Assembly: GCA_028534125.1 (NCBI GenBank)
Contig: CM052817.1
Location: 48,796,001 to 48,860,000, forward strand
Direction of reading: 5' to 3'
Length of the DNA stretch: 64,000 bases
Origin: Lama glama
Taxonomy: Eukaryota
Under the pieces are notes generated by a model that was not told where the DNA came from, made no database searches, and saw only the letters and a list, made by a program, of their open reading frames with translations. Shown piece after piece: positions 37,116-50,560 of the stretch; the first letter of the stretch is position 1, and every line of letters begins with the position of its first letter. A program made the translations under genes and the position numbers.

Positions 37116-40100
37116 TTTATGATTTATTTATGTTTTGAGTTTTTCTAATAATGTTACTTATAGATATATTTAGTATGACTTTAAATCTCAACATTACTAA
37201 ATATGAAGTAATAACTCTGAGTTAATTATTCATTCAACAGATATTTAGTGAACATTCACTCTTGTTGGATTCAATAGGAATAGGACAGACCCAGTTCCTG
37301 CTTTGAAAGTCTAAGGATTTGCTGGTAAGAGTATAACACAAACAGAAAAAAGTGGCTTTGATCCATTGCTATCTGGTTAACAGAGCAAGTATGTTTCCAC
37401 TGAGCCATTTCTTTTGGATGAACTTTCTCCATTCACCTTTTCATCTAAAAACCTCATGAAGATCAGAAGTCAGGGTTTGGCTGTACTTGAATGACTGGGT
37501 GCCTGCGTGATAATCAGTGTCATAATAAGGGTTGTGCAATAACAATACACAATATTGTCTTTTCCATGAATTGAAGTAATCACTTTAAAGTTAATAAAAT
37601 TATATATACTTATGATTAATACACTGATTTGACTCATAATAAGATTTGCCTTTTTTCATTTTTATGTTTATCATTACTTTGGAACACTAATCAAAACACT
37701 CTTGTTTATGAAGTAAATATTATTTTAGGTATTCTCATTTATGGTTTTCATTTTGACTGAATATTGGAATGCAGTAGGACTTTGGAGGTTAATAACCTTG
37801 TTCTGTATATTCCCTAAGTTTGAGTTTATACCTAATTTTGTTAAGGAAAGTCCTTAAATAGAAATTTTATCATATAACATTATAAACTCTATGTTTATAT
37901 AAAAATTATTCATGCCTTCTCCAATGTGAACTCAAGGGTATTTAGGAAGTTTTAGAAAATTAAACGAAACTCCTTGGGTTATCATTAACTTGTATTACAC
38001 AGTTATTAACATGTTACTGATATAGAAGAATGAGATTACTAATCATTTAACATTTAAACACTAGTGAAGATTAAATAAGATAATAAATACCTGGACATAT
38101 TCCTATCAAATTATTAATATGACCTTAGACATATTTCTATCAGGTTGTTTTGAAAAAAGTAGGAGAAAAAATGCTGACATGCATGTGGCTCTCATATCTA
38201 ATAGTTAGAGAAGGAAGTTTCAGACCAACTTGAGCATCTGTCCTAAAATATAATGTTTAGAAAATCAAGGCAATGTAAAATGATTGCTTGGTAGAAGATT
38301 TGAAAGGGAAGTAAACATATCATATACTTTTGAAGGAAGGATAAAAGTGGTTGGATAAATAGAAACTATAGTCTTAGGTTAATTCTGAGCAGTGATTAGC
38401 AATTCAGAACTAGGTGAGAATTTGTAGTTATAGAGTCATTTGAGGAACAATGAAATGTACTAAGTAGACATATCTTCATTCTGATATATATGTGCATATG
38501 CAAATTACAGAAAATATAATTTTATTTCAATTTATCTCAGTGTAAATTTTAAAATATCTTTTGCATTTATAATTATCTTACATTTTCTTCACTTGGTCAT
38601 CATCATTCAACTCAAAATTATCACCAAGGTCAAACTCAAAATTATGGCCTGTTCAAGAATTGATAAAACATGATTCCCCCAATAATTTATAAGTTAAGCT
38701 AGTAAATGTTTGTTGAATGAATAAGTAAGTCAGAATTCAAACATGTATAATTTAACTCTCAGTGTGAAAATTTTCTGAAGTAATGAGTTACATTTCCAGT
38801 CACAGGTTTTTCAAACTATTTGCCCTCTTAATTTAATAGTGTTGAAGTAAATTTACTTAAAGTAAAATTTACTTGTAGTAGAATTTTAAAAATCATTATT
38901 TTTCTAAAATCTCTATGACTTTATAATGTGGTTAGTGATGAAAATAGTATGTAGATCTCTGTATGATCTCCTTTAAGAGAAATTTAGAGTTCATTTTTTT
39001 GTGTTAATTTCTGTATGGTCGTATTTCTCTTGGCAGGAGAGCTGTGTAGCTTCCACTGGTTCTATATTAATATATTTTTCCAACTAATAGTCTTTTCTTA
39101 CCCTGCCCTCTATGCCTAGGTATTCAACCATTCATTCTTATTTCATCCTGAAAATGGTAAGGTAGTCAGGGAGTGAGTTTCTCCTTTCTTTCCATACTGG
39201 TGTTCACTAATTAGCTGAATCTAAGAAGGAAAAATGAAGGCAAGGAGTATAGTGAGTTACTTCACACATGTGAGCCCCCTGGGCCAGAGAGCAGATTGGG
39301 AAAGAGGGAGAGTGGGTTTGGAGGTACAGGAAGAGACTCAGCTCAATGGTAAAGCCAGGTGTGGGCCTTGCAATTTCCAGGTCATTTTGATGTACATTCA
39401 ATTCCATGACACAGAATAATTATTTTCCTATTTCCATTTGAATAAAGATCAGTTTACCAAGAACCAAAATGCCTGTGGGGCCTTTGAAGTTGAGGGGAAC
39501 CAAAGCCCTTGCTCCCAATACTAGTCTGGAAAACCAAACAAGAGACTGCTATTCAGAACATCCAGGAATCAGCCAATCTACACCTTGGGCAGACTAGAGA
39601 ACACTGCAGATACTAAAGTAGGAGGAGCCCGACATCTAGGTAAAATTGAATTAGAAAACAGATCTAATTAACAACAACAAACTAGGCTTTGGAGATCACT
39701 GGAAAAAATTAGTTTTGCTGTTCCCTAAAATAGGCCCAGGCAAATTTTGTAAAGAATAATGTTTATAAGGAGTGCTGTTTTCTAGAGATGCTGCTTTTTA
39801 TAATACTTAGAGGAAGGATGGTTAATTCAAATAAAAATTTCAGAATTATCTAGGCAGATCTCTGTACCCTGTCCTAGGCCTTATAACCTGGGTTTGTTAT
39901 CCACCCATCTCACTGGGATTATTAACTTAAAGTTTAACTGCAAATAATTGCTGTTTAAGGTACTTGATCCAGTCCATTCTCCACTTACACTTGGGCAATT
40001 GTTCTGAGTTCCGTTCAAGCTGGTGGTGTTTTGCTGATATAATTCTCTCAAAAACTTTATGAATCTCTTGTCAATCTTACTAAGATTCATTCTTTTAAAT

Positions 40101-40329
40101 AAAAGTGTCACTCAAATCTGTTTAAGATTACACCCCTACCTACTTTGACTTCCTGCTGAGATGACTAAGGAACAGCATCCTTAAACTTCCTAGAGAACTT
40201 CCTGTTTGATTGAGAAGCTCTGTGAGGCACATACTTAATCTTTTAAAGGGCTCTCTGTGTGACTGAGGAGTACTTGGAAGTACTTTTGTGCTGAGGTCTT
40301 AACAAAAAATTATACTGTTGGTTTTATAT

Positions 40330-40870
40330 CTAGATCAAATTTTTCAGATGGTGCCTTGGATTTGAACTTTGGAAGCCATTTCATTAAGTTTAGCCTATCT
40401 TGCTGTCTGTAGAGGCTGAGAATTTGCAAAACAATCAAATCTTTTCCATAGTCTGTCCCTCAATTTGTAATTTATTTCTGTTCTCCTGTGTATTATTATA
40501 AGCAGTGAGGGAAAAACAGGCACACCTTCAACAATGTGAGGGGAAATCTTAGCTAGATCATCCAGTCACTAGACATATTTTCTAATTTCCCAGTAAATTC
40601 AAGAGATGAAGATACCTGTCTCTAGTTTCCAATCATTTGCCCTCACTTCCTTCTGACCCATCACCAGCAGTGTCCTTATGTCCTTAAAGTGTTTATTTCT
40701 ACTGTCTATTCAAGAAATTTAGGACTTCTCTAACATACTCCTTAATATCCTTCCAACCTCTGTTCATAGTCTGGTTCCAAAGCCACTACCACATTTTTAG
40801 GTATTGTGACAGCAGTACCCCACTCTCAGGTACCCAAATCTGTATTATCTATCTATTACTGCATAGCAAT
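40330..40870 (-). mobile_element. MaLR (MLT1) internal fragment with LTR junction
   Basis: ccaaagccactaccacatttttaggtattgtgacagcagtaccccactctcaggtacccaaatc followed by tgtattatctatctattactgcatagcaa. Confidence 0.65.
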
Positions 40871-40879
40871 ACCTGATCG

Positions 40880-41900
40880 CTATTTGTACACAATATTATA
40901 TTGGAGGTCTTTGTCAGAGCACTAAGGAATGAAGAAAAATCAAAGACCGGAAAGAAAGAAATGAAACTCTGATCATTGGCAGACATACTTGTTCAGGTGG
41001 AAAATTCAGACAAATATATAGGAAAATGATTGGAATCACTAAGTGAATTTACTGATGTCATTATATAAAGTGTTAATGTACAAATCAATTGTATCTCTAC
41101 ATATATCAGCAACAAAGAGAATATAAAATTTAAAAACAATTTTCATTTATGATAATATTTAAAAAACCCAAAATACTTAATTCATCTAATATGTTCAAGC
41201 TCTACTCTGAAAATTATAGAACTTTACTGTATTAGTTTTCCATTCTGCCATAACAAATTATTATAGATTTAGTGGCTTAAAAACCACAGCTTTATTATAT
41301 TATACTTAAAATAATCTGGTGGGTTTCACCAGACTGACAGCAAGGTGTCGGCTGGCTGTATTCTTCTTCAAAAGCTCTAGGGGAAAATCTGTTTCCTGCT
41401 TATTTGGGTTGTTGACAGAACTCAGTTCTGTGTGGTTGTAGAGCTGAAGGCCCATTTCCTTTTGCCTATAAACTGAGAGCTGTTGCTGACTTTTAAAGGC
41501 TGCTACATTCTTTGGCTCACGACCCGCTTCCTGCATCTTCAGACTCAATTGAGTCCTTTAGGTGTCATATCTCTGGCTTACTCTTCTGCCTTCCTTGTCT
41601 ACTTTTAAGGATTTATTATTATTATGTGCTTAAATTGGGCTCACGTGCATAACCTAAGCTGCTCTCACCATTTTAAAGTCTTTCATCTTAATCATGTATG
41701 CAAAGTCCCTTTTGCCATGGAGAATAACATATTCATGGCTTCCAGGGATCAGGGCAGAGACATTTTTGGGGGGCATTATTCTGCGTATCACAATTATTAA
41801 GCAGAATTAAAAATGACCTAATAAAAAGAGGAATCTACCATGTTCATTATTTAGAAGACAATAGTCTAAAAACGTGAATTTATTTTTATTGTGAGTCAAA
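40880..41900 (+). mobile_element. Old L1 ORF2 fragment interrupted by an MLT1 LTR
   Basis: caatattatattggaggtctttgtcagagcactaagg...aaagaaagaaatgaaactctgatcattggcagaca...gtggaaaattc is L1 RT-like. It resumes after 41792 (aaaatgacctaataaaaagaggaatctaccatgttcatt). Confidence 0.7.
41228..41792 (-). mobile_element. MLT1-type MaLR solo LTR
   Basis: tgtattagttttccattctgccataacaaattattatagatttagtggcttaaaa ... catttttggggggcattattctgcgtatcaca, with TG...CA termini. Confidence 0.85.
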
Positions 41901-44900
41901 GTCTTGGGTGAGGCCTAAAGTGTAAAAATAATTCTCTAAGAAATGAAGGAAAAAGAAGAGAGGAAAACTTAAAAAGGTGTTGTTTAGATGAGTTTGCACA
42001 CATGGCCCGAGAGAAATCGAATCCATAGAAACTGTGAAAACTGTATCATCTTACACAAAATTATATGAAGCTGGTGAATAATGTATAATTAAACTGGAAA
42101 AACATAAGAAAATTATTTTATGAGTCTTTCAAGAAATATTAAAAGAAAAGCAGTATGTTTAAAATTAAAAGGCCCAGTCTCAGAAAAACAAATAACAACA
42201 ATGTTATATAATCTATGTTTCTGAATAGTCCAGTTTGTGAAACGACTGTATACTTGATATTTGAGTGGGAAGAGTGTTTATTACTCTTGTTTTTTAAAGA
42301 CAAAGTCATTAGCTCAGTTAGCTGAAAGCAAACAAGTTCGATATGTAATAAACCCCTTCCTCCTGTAGACTTCAGAACACACCACCCCTCAAATCTACAT
42401 TTGAGTTGGGAGGATGTGGAAGTAGAAAGAAAGCATAGGCTTTGTTAATCTCTCACAGATTTAATTCGTCCTAACTCTTAGAGAACTTCTCAAATGTTCT
42501 CAAATGTTTTCTGTCCTGCTTTTCTTTTGAATTCTTTGCTTGCTTATCCTTGATTCTTACTTTCAACCTCCTCTTTAATTTTTCTCTTCTAATCCAAAGA
42601 GACAGTAAGTACACACATTTTTATGGCTGTTGAAAGAAGGAAAGACATTACTTTTTCTTTATTTCTACCTGACTCTGTCCAGTTTGTAAATACACAGTGC
42701 CATATTCTCACTCTAAAATCTATTTCTGTGTAATTTCTCAATATTAGGGAGTTCTTGGTTTACAGTGTACAAAATCTTTACCGAGGAAAAAGTGACAGTA
42801 GCCAGCAAGTGAAAGGCTATAATCCTGTTGTTTTGTGAAACCCTGCAAGTTTCTAAACAATAGAAGTTTACATTAGTATTTTGATCCCAGCTCAGAATTA
42901 CTTTTTCAGAAAACCTCAGTGTCTTATTTGCTCTTTCAGCACTTGTAGTGGTTTTTCATAATTAACAAATTCATACATGAGTTTATGTAGTTATATGTTT
43001 AAATGCTGACTTCCATCCTGGATTTCAAATTCTCTGAGGGCAGACATTTATTTATTTGATTATAAGTATACCCCACTGTACATTTTAGTAGCTAGCACAT
43101 AGAAAGCCACACATAAATGTTTGTAAAATGGGTTAGCTATATATATCATTGCAAATATACATAAACCTGTTTCTTTTTACTCATCATTCATCATGATGGA
43201 TAATTAAATCCCGTGATTTCTAGGCTATCATTTCTTTATGAAGAACTTTATAAAAAAACATTATCTAGTAATTTAGTATTAATCATAGAATAATTAATAT
43301 TTTATCTTATATTCCTACAGCTTTACAACTTTAATCAACTCTATTTTTGCATAATTTACTCCCATGGTTTTTTGGTAGAATTGAAATAATCAAGGCATGA
43401 AAATATTCAAGGAGAAAATGTAAATCAAAATTCTTCTAATTGCTTAAAATATATTGAAATATTTTCTTAAATACTTTTATTCAGAAAAATATAAGGAACT
43501 TCTTTCTCAACAACTTGTTTGAAAGTGAATATCAGAGCCATTTTATTTGCAACTACCTTAGAACTTTCTGAGTATATTCTTAATTATATGAAGGTTATTT
43601 TGCCTGCATATTTGTTATTTTACTCTTAATCATTTACCATTTTTCACATGTAAATATATATTAAATCACTAACCAGGGCGGATAGTAAAAATTCTATTGC
43701 CAAAGAAATGCAGACATGAGAATTAGTGTATTTGAAAATTCATTGAAGTAATAATAATAGTTCTTACAGGGTAAATGGAGTTGTCATTGGAGTTAGATCT
43801 ATGTTTAAGTCCTAGCTGTCACATCAGGTCTGTAGAGAGATCATTTAACCTCATGTAGAAAGAGAATAATAATTTCCTAATACACGAAGAGAGTCTTAGA
43901 TTTAACGAGAGCATTTACTAATGCATAAAATACAGTGTAAAGTTGTTTATAAATATAGTTATAACAAATTAAAACCTAACCATTTATGTATTTAACTGAA
44001 TTAACAGCTTGAATTAACAGCTGTTTACCTTACTTGATTTGTAAGTAAAAATATTGATTATAACTTTCTATTAATAAATCCCTCTTATTCATTCATTCAA
44101 AAATACTAAAGAATTTATTTTTAGGCTCTTTAGTAGATACTGAGAATACATCAATAAATAATGATTCTAATGAAAGATCAAATGGAAAAAGAATGACCTT
44201 CTTTTTCAAAGGACGGCTTTTAGTAGATCCAATATATTCCCATTGGGCAATTCCTCTACTATTAGGGGAATATGTCTTCTAATTCACCTTTGCTTCAAAG
44301 AACCTCTTGAGCTGAATGCCTGCTGGATACTCAACAATATAGTAAATGTGCTAGTAGTGGAATAATACATAATGCTGTCTTTTCATGAGATGTCAGGTCA
44401 TCAATTTCAAGCCAGAAAGGCCACAGGCACTTAAGAGTGTTGCACTGATATGACTCATAATGTGATTTGCTTTTTTTCACATATAAGTTTCCTTTTGCTT
44501 CAGAACACTGATCACTATATATTCCTTCATGAAGTTCAATTGTAGTTTTGTTAAGCAGATATTGTTGCTTTGCCAAGAAAGTTTTTTAGGTGAAGAAGTT
44601 CTTGTCCTCAAATGTCAGAAACTGTAAGCTGTTTTATTTGACAACTGTCTAAGAAAACAATTGTGATCTTTGCTTTAACTGTTCCCTCTGTGTAGAATAT
44701 TTTCCTGCACCTGGAGTCCATTTGGCTAACAATGTTTGCAGTGGGAAAAGTATCTCATATTAACATTATATGTTTATGTTTGTTTAAATTTTTAAAACAT
44801 CTTTACTAATGTTAACACAAGGAGATTCAGAAATTTAATCAAAGAGAACATACTCAATTTTGTTGTCAATAAAAATAATTAAAATGATAAGTTATGGTTT

Positions 44901-44904
44901 CATT

Positions 44905-45480
44905 TAGATGCTTCTCAATGTTGAGGTGCCCCAGGGCTTGGAGTTTGACCCTCTTGTTTTTTGTATTTACAGTCACTTCTTTGGTAATCTCACCTGGCTT
45001 CATGGTTTTAAATGCCACCTCTATGGCATCTACTCTTAAATATATAATCTCACGGGTCCTGACCTCTCTCCTATACTTCAGACTTGAATATCTAAGTGTT
45101 ACTTGCTGTTGTTAATTAGATCACTAATAAACATTTCAAATTTGATGTTTTCAAAATGGAACTGATATTCCTTACAGTACAACCAGCTGCTATACTTTCA
45201 TAGCTTCTACTATTATTTCAATTTTTCAGACCTAGAGCTTTGGAATCATTGCAATTCTCTCTATTTTTCTCACTGCTCACATCCAGTCCATCAGGAAAGC
45301 CTTTAAAGAATATCCAGGATCCTACCTCTTTTTACCTCCCTCAGCCAAGCCACCATCATCTCTCACCTGGTTCTTAATCTATTTTAACAGTCTGCGACCT
45401 GGTCTCTGCTACACCAAGGCCTTATAGCAAGAATGTGATGGTTTTAGGTCAAACCATTTTATTGCTTATACCTTTTTTAT
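44905..45480 (+). mobile_element. L2 fragment
   Basis: gtgccccagggcttggagtttgaccctcttg...tggcttcatggttttaaatgccacctctatg...cctgacctctctcctatacttcagact (L2 RT, GVPQG region and downstream). Confidence 0.8.
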
Positions 45481-46976
45481 GACTTTCCTAAGATTAGCAG
45501 TTGGAATATAAAACATCTCATAAAATATCTATGGACAAATGTTTGTGTGTGTAATGTTCTGTCTCCAGTCATTCCATGTCTGGGGCTTTATTTCATAGAA
45601 ATAATTGTGGATCCCAGGTTTTGTATCTCAGAGCTGATTGTAAAAGAGAAAAAAAACTTCCCCCAGACAGAATTGGTTACATAAATTAGGGTGAAAAAAT
45701 ACCATAAAGAGTTTTATACATGATGCTGTTTAATGATATAGAAATTGTTTCTATAAGCAGAGAAAATATTCTGTAACAGTGTTGAGATGTGTACACTTGG
45801 GTTAGAAGACAATTCCTCTTCTGGGTTGAAGGAATAATGTGTTTTGTTTGTTTTTCTTCTATTCCCCAAGATTTTGGAATAAACTTAGATCACTCTTCTA
45901 ATAATATAAAAAATTAAAATATAAATGAAATAAATATTAATTTTAGTTTAATCCAGTTATTTACAATTGCTTCAAAGATTAATTTGCTTTCAGAATGTTT
46001 TACTGAAGAGTGATGATTACTCTTGAGAAACTTGAAAGTACACTGACAAAATGCAGGGAAAAGTTTCATGGTCCTAAAACTCTATCACATTCAAACTGAA
46101 GATAAGTACTACTGAATCTCTAAGAAATATTTTTCAAATAGCAGAAATACTTGATTGAGTTTGAAAGACAACTGAAAGAAAAGAAAAGAAAGCCTTTCCT
46201 AAATAAAATATTTTCTTATGCTTTTATATTACTTATGTAAGTTTTTTTGAAAATTCCAATTTGAGCAATATAGTCTATTTCTCCCCTCTTGTAGTAGTGT
46301 ATAATTTTGAGATATTTAGATAAAAATTATAAGATATATATAAATGTCCATAAATTAAGAGATACTAGTAAAATTTCTTAACCTGATACTAGTATAGATT
46401 CCTTTGCTTCCACTCCTGAAAAAATAAAAAACTTAGAATACGCATATCTCTTCATATCTTTTTATCCTCGCTACCTTCTTGCCTGTCTCAAACTAATTTA
46501 TAAAGCGCTTAATGTTGTCTCAACAAAGCTCAATTCTATTGAATAACTTGTGACTTTCCAATGATAATAGATTTTTCTAATGTTGGAAATATCATGTCTC
46601 ATTATTTAACCAATATTAGATTATATATACATGTGTGTGTGTATATTATATATACATATATAATACATATTATATGTGTATGTGTGTTTGTCCTGAACAT
46701 TCTAGAATGACTGTTATTTGGTTTCCCTAGCTATATGCTGCCAGAGGTTATGGTCAGAGTTTTATTGTCATGTATGGCCTGGCCATTGTCCATTTGTGTA
46801 TTCAATCTCTTAGTTTAGTGTTCCACATATATGTGACAGTTTGAGATCCCCACTTGATTTCCCCTAAATTGTATTTCTACTACCAGATGTATAGAGGGTG
46901 CTTACTAAATATTTGTGGGATGGTGGGGAATGGGAATAGAAGAGGGCTGAAGCCCTTCCTCTGTTGCACCCCAAGG

Positions 46977-47304
46977 CTGTGCTGTCCAGTGCAATAGCCA
47001 ATATCCACACATTGCTGGCGAGCACCTGAAATGGAGCCAGTCTGAATTGAGATGTATTGTAAGTGTAAAATACACACTGAATGATCAAGACTTCATATGA
47101 ATGAAAGAATATAAGCCATCTCTTTAAAATTTTTAAATGCTTACTAAGTGTTCAAATGATAATACTTTGGCTGTATTAGGTTAAATAAATATATAGTTTA
47201 AATTAATTTCACTGTTTCTTTTAAGTTTTTAAAAAGTTTTCTGGCTACTGGAAAATCTAAGGTTACATACGTAGCTTGGATTATATTTCTAATCGACGGC
47301 GCTG
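46977..47304. mobile_element. MER33/MER3-type hAT-Charlie non-autonomous DNA transposon
   Basis: Termini ctgtgctgtccagtgc... and ...ttatatttctaatcgacggcgctg (degenerate TIRs); internal ctgaattgagatgtattgtaagtgtaaaatacacactg. Confidence 0.8.
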
Positions 47305-47496
47305 ACCCTTTTTGTGCAAATTTCCTGTTCAGTAAAATAAGGCAAATCATTTCTATAGTATCTTTCTTTTTCATTGTCTCAATATAAAGATATTTAAATA
47401 GGCTGAAAACAAATTTGTGTGTTCGTTTATTCATTCTTTAGAATATATTTTGTGTGTAACTTTGTCCCAGACTATAAGCTAGAACTTGCTCGCTAA

Positions 47497-48248
47497 TTAT
47501 TTATTTATTGAGGCAAAATTCACGTATATTAGTTTCAGGTGTATAACATACTGATTTGATATTTGTATATATTGCAAAATGATCACCACAATAAGTCTGT
47601 ACATCACTGTACATAGTTACAAATTTTTCATTCTTATGATGAGAAATTTAAGATCTACTCTCTCAGCAGCTTTCAAATATGCAATATAATGCTGTTAACT
47701 ATAGTCACCATGGTTTATTATAACCTCATGATATATTTATTTTAAAACTGGAAGTTTGTACTTTTTGACCCCCTTTACCCATTTCACCTAACCCTTCCCT
47801 CTCACCTCAGCTCTGGCAAACACCAATCTGTTTTGTTCTTTGTATCTATGAGCTTTTTTTTTTTAGATTCCACATATAAGTGATATGTACAAATACAGTA
47901 TTTGTCTCTTTTTCTCTGGCCTGTTTTACTTAGCATGATGCCCTCAAAGTTCATCTGTGTTGTTGCAAATTGCAAGAGTTTATTCTTTTTTTATGGCTGA
48001 ATAATATTCTGTTGTATGTATGTGCCATATTTTCTTTATCCATTGATCCATCATTGGACATTTAGGCTGTTTCCATATCTTAACTTTTGTTAATAATGCT
48101 GCAGTGAACATGGGGGTACAGAAATCTTTTTTGAGTTAGTGTTTTCATTTCCTTGGGTAAATGCCCCAATGTAGAATTGCTGAATCATATGATAGTTCTA
48201 TTTTTAATGTTTTGAGGAACCTCCATACTGTTTTCCATAGTGGCCACA
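47497..48248 (-). mobile_element. L1 (L1MA-like) 3' end
   Basis: tttaagatctactctctcagcagctttcaaat...ttttagattccacatataagtga...tttttatggctgaataatattc...gaggaacctccatactgttttccatagtgg. Confidence 0.9.
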
Positions 48249-48489
48249 CTAGCCACTCTTTTTATTATTCAATATTTTTATTCTGAAAGCATTCTCTGAG
48301 CTACATAAAAGAACCATGGAAAGCTCAATTTACTATTCACCTTTTCCCAATAAGATAGTTTATAATAAAATTATACCAAATGGATTAAAAAATCTTTATA
48401 GAATATGTTCTTATAAAAATGGAAACAGTATGAAAACCCTTAACTATGACCAGATTATGAATATTTTCAGTTGGATATTTAGGTTGAGT

Positions 48490-48745
48490 GGCTGTATCTA
48501 CAGAACAGTGATCAGACACAGATTACAACAGACCTGCGTTCAGTTCTTTGCTGCCCTGCTTGCTGAAAGTGTGATCTAGGATAAGTGGCTTACTTTATCC
48601 ATGCCTCAATTTTCTCTGTTAATGGGGATAATGATAATTCTTATTTTACAGGATAGTTGTAAGAATTAGGTGGATCAATATATGCGAAATATTTACAATA
48701 GTGTCAAGCCCATAGTAAGTACTACAGAGGTGTTAGTGATTATTA
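48490..48745 (+). mobile_element. MIR SINE
   Basis: gtgtgatctaggataagtggcttactttatccatgcctcaattttctc...atggggataatgata...acaggatagttgtaagaattag. Confidence 0.8.
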
Positions 48746-49129
48746 ATGTCAGTAGTAGTAGTAAGAATAGCAGCAGTCATCTGTTCATATGTTCTATTAA
48801 TAAGGATTTGGAGAAGAATATAACTTTGAAATAATGGTTCCCTGAATAGAAACGTATATTGGCAGATGAAGTTGGAGATCAATGGGGGTTTTATTAGTTA
48901 CTGTAAATTAATATATGCTAAATGTCTTTTATAGCATTTCCTCTAGTGATTCATCTATCAAGTATTCTTTTTAATGGGGTTGAAAGTACTGCTCTATAAA
49001 GTAATAGAAAATTACAGTAAATTATTTTGTGTGGCATTAAACCAATAGAAAGCTTAAAATGGAAGTTTATTTCTTAATTGCTCCAGTGCTACACATTTAG
49101 CTCTCTAGCTTGGCACTTGGCACATACTC

Positions 49130-49670
49130 TTGCAAACCTTTTTCCAAATTGTAATTGCAGGGTTATTCATTGCATATATTACATTGAAATATACTCATCC
49201 TGGGACTGTCACCATTTGGAGAAGTAATAGTTGTTCCTTTTTTGAAAATGGTGTCAGCTTTGAGATCAGTGTCAAAATCCAAATGATCATTATCACCATT
49301 AGTGCTGAGCTTAGTAAGTTTCAGGGAGGTTCCAAGTTTGTTGGTTTTCTCATTATTCAAAGTCTTAGGTGCAATTTTTTTCCAGTACTCATTTTGCCTG
49401 TAGATCCATTGGTGCTAAACGTAGTTTCAATTTTGTTGGTTGATGCTGACATTACAGTGATGTATGTGCCAGAAGAGATGTGGTGGGTAACTCTGGGATC
49501 ATGCTGGTGATGATTCTACGTGGTGCTTGTGGAAATGATAGGTTTGAGGGCTGGCTGGGAGTAGTAACAGCAGTGGGGCTTAATGAGGTGATGATACCTG
49601 ATAGATTCTTGGAGGTACTAGTGACAACAGTATCTGTGCTTAGAAAAATGACAGAAATTAGCAGGTTGTG
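49130..49670 (-). pseudogene. Remnant D: heavily decayed Thr/Ser/Pro-rich coding fragment
   Basis: Minus strand reads TDTVVTSTSKNLSGIITSLSPTAVTTPSQPSNLSFPQAPRRIITSMIPELPTTS, then after a frameshift SSGTYITVMSASTNKIETTFSTNGSTGKMSTG, then NNEKTNKLGTSLKLTKLSTNGDNDHLDFDTDLKADTIFKKGTTITSPNGDSP. Val-rich mirror ORFs occur on the plus strand. Confidence 0.5.
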
Positions 49671-49729
49671 AGTGACAGAAGCTCAAGTACCAGTTATTGT
49701 ACTTGTAAAAAGTTTCATTCAAAATTCTA

Positions 49730-50170
49730 TGTGAACCCCGCCTTTCTTTCTAATCTTATTTCCCTCTCTGCTGCTTTCTGCGTGAACCATATACCCTTGA
49801 TTATGTAAACTACATCCTGTTTCCCTTAAAAATATTTTGCTTCTTTGATGTTCTTTACTGTCTAGAACGTCCTTAGCTTTCTAACCTAAGGGTCTAAGTG
49901 ACCTTTGTGTTCTTTAAGGCCCAGCTCAAATACTTTCACCTCTTGGAAACCTTCCTATATGCCCAGTTTGAAGTAGTTGTTATCTCATCTGAAACCCCAC
50001 TGTACTCTTTTATGAAATTTACCACTCTTATTTCGACATGAAACATGTAGCTGGCTAATATTCAAATAAACTCTTAAGTTTCTTAAGTCGTGGTCCATAT
50101 CTACTTTATTTTCTTTTATTATCTTTTCAGTAAGATGTTATACAAACATTTCCAATATTTTTTCTTGAAA
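49730..50170 (+). mobile_element. L2 3' fragment
   Basis: tctttaaggcccagctcaaatactttcacctcttggaaaccttcct...taagtttcttaagtcgtggtccatatctactttatt. Confidence 0.6.
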
Positions 50171-50369
50171 AAAATGGAGTCAAGAGAAATTTCAGAGTAA
50201 TGTAGCTTATCCTGAATGACACTGAATATTAATGAGACTATGGAAAGAACCTCTCCTATTATTTACCCTAAAGAATTATACAATTTAGTTCAGTCCAAAT
50301 TCTTTTCCTTGGATATTGATAAATGTATATTTTACAATTTTAATGTAGAAAGGCTTATCTAGAAACATT

Positions 50370-50560
50370 TCAGTAGCTAAGTGTTTAGGATTTCGTGTAA
50401 GCCTGTCTGGATTTAATTGCTAGCTATGTTTCATCTTTTTTTGCTTCATTTTCTTCATTATCATAGGATTGTTGTAAGTATTAAATGAATAAATCAATGT
50501 AAAGTACTTAGCACATTGTCTGGAACATAACTAAATACTGAATAAATGCTAATAGTTTTT
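50370..50560 (+). mobile_element. MIR SINE
   Basis: tcataggattgttgtaagtattaaatgaataaatcaatgtaaagtacttagcacattgtctggaacataactaaatactgaataaatgcta. Confidence 0.8.
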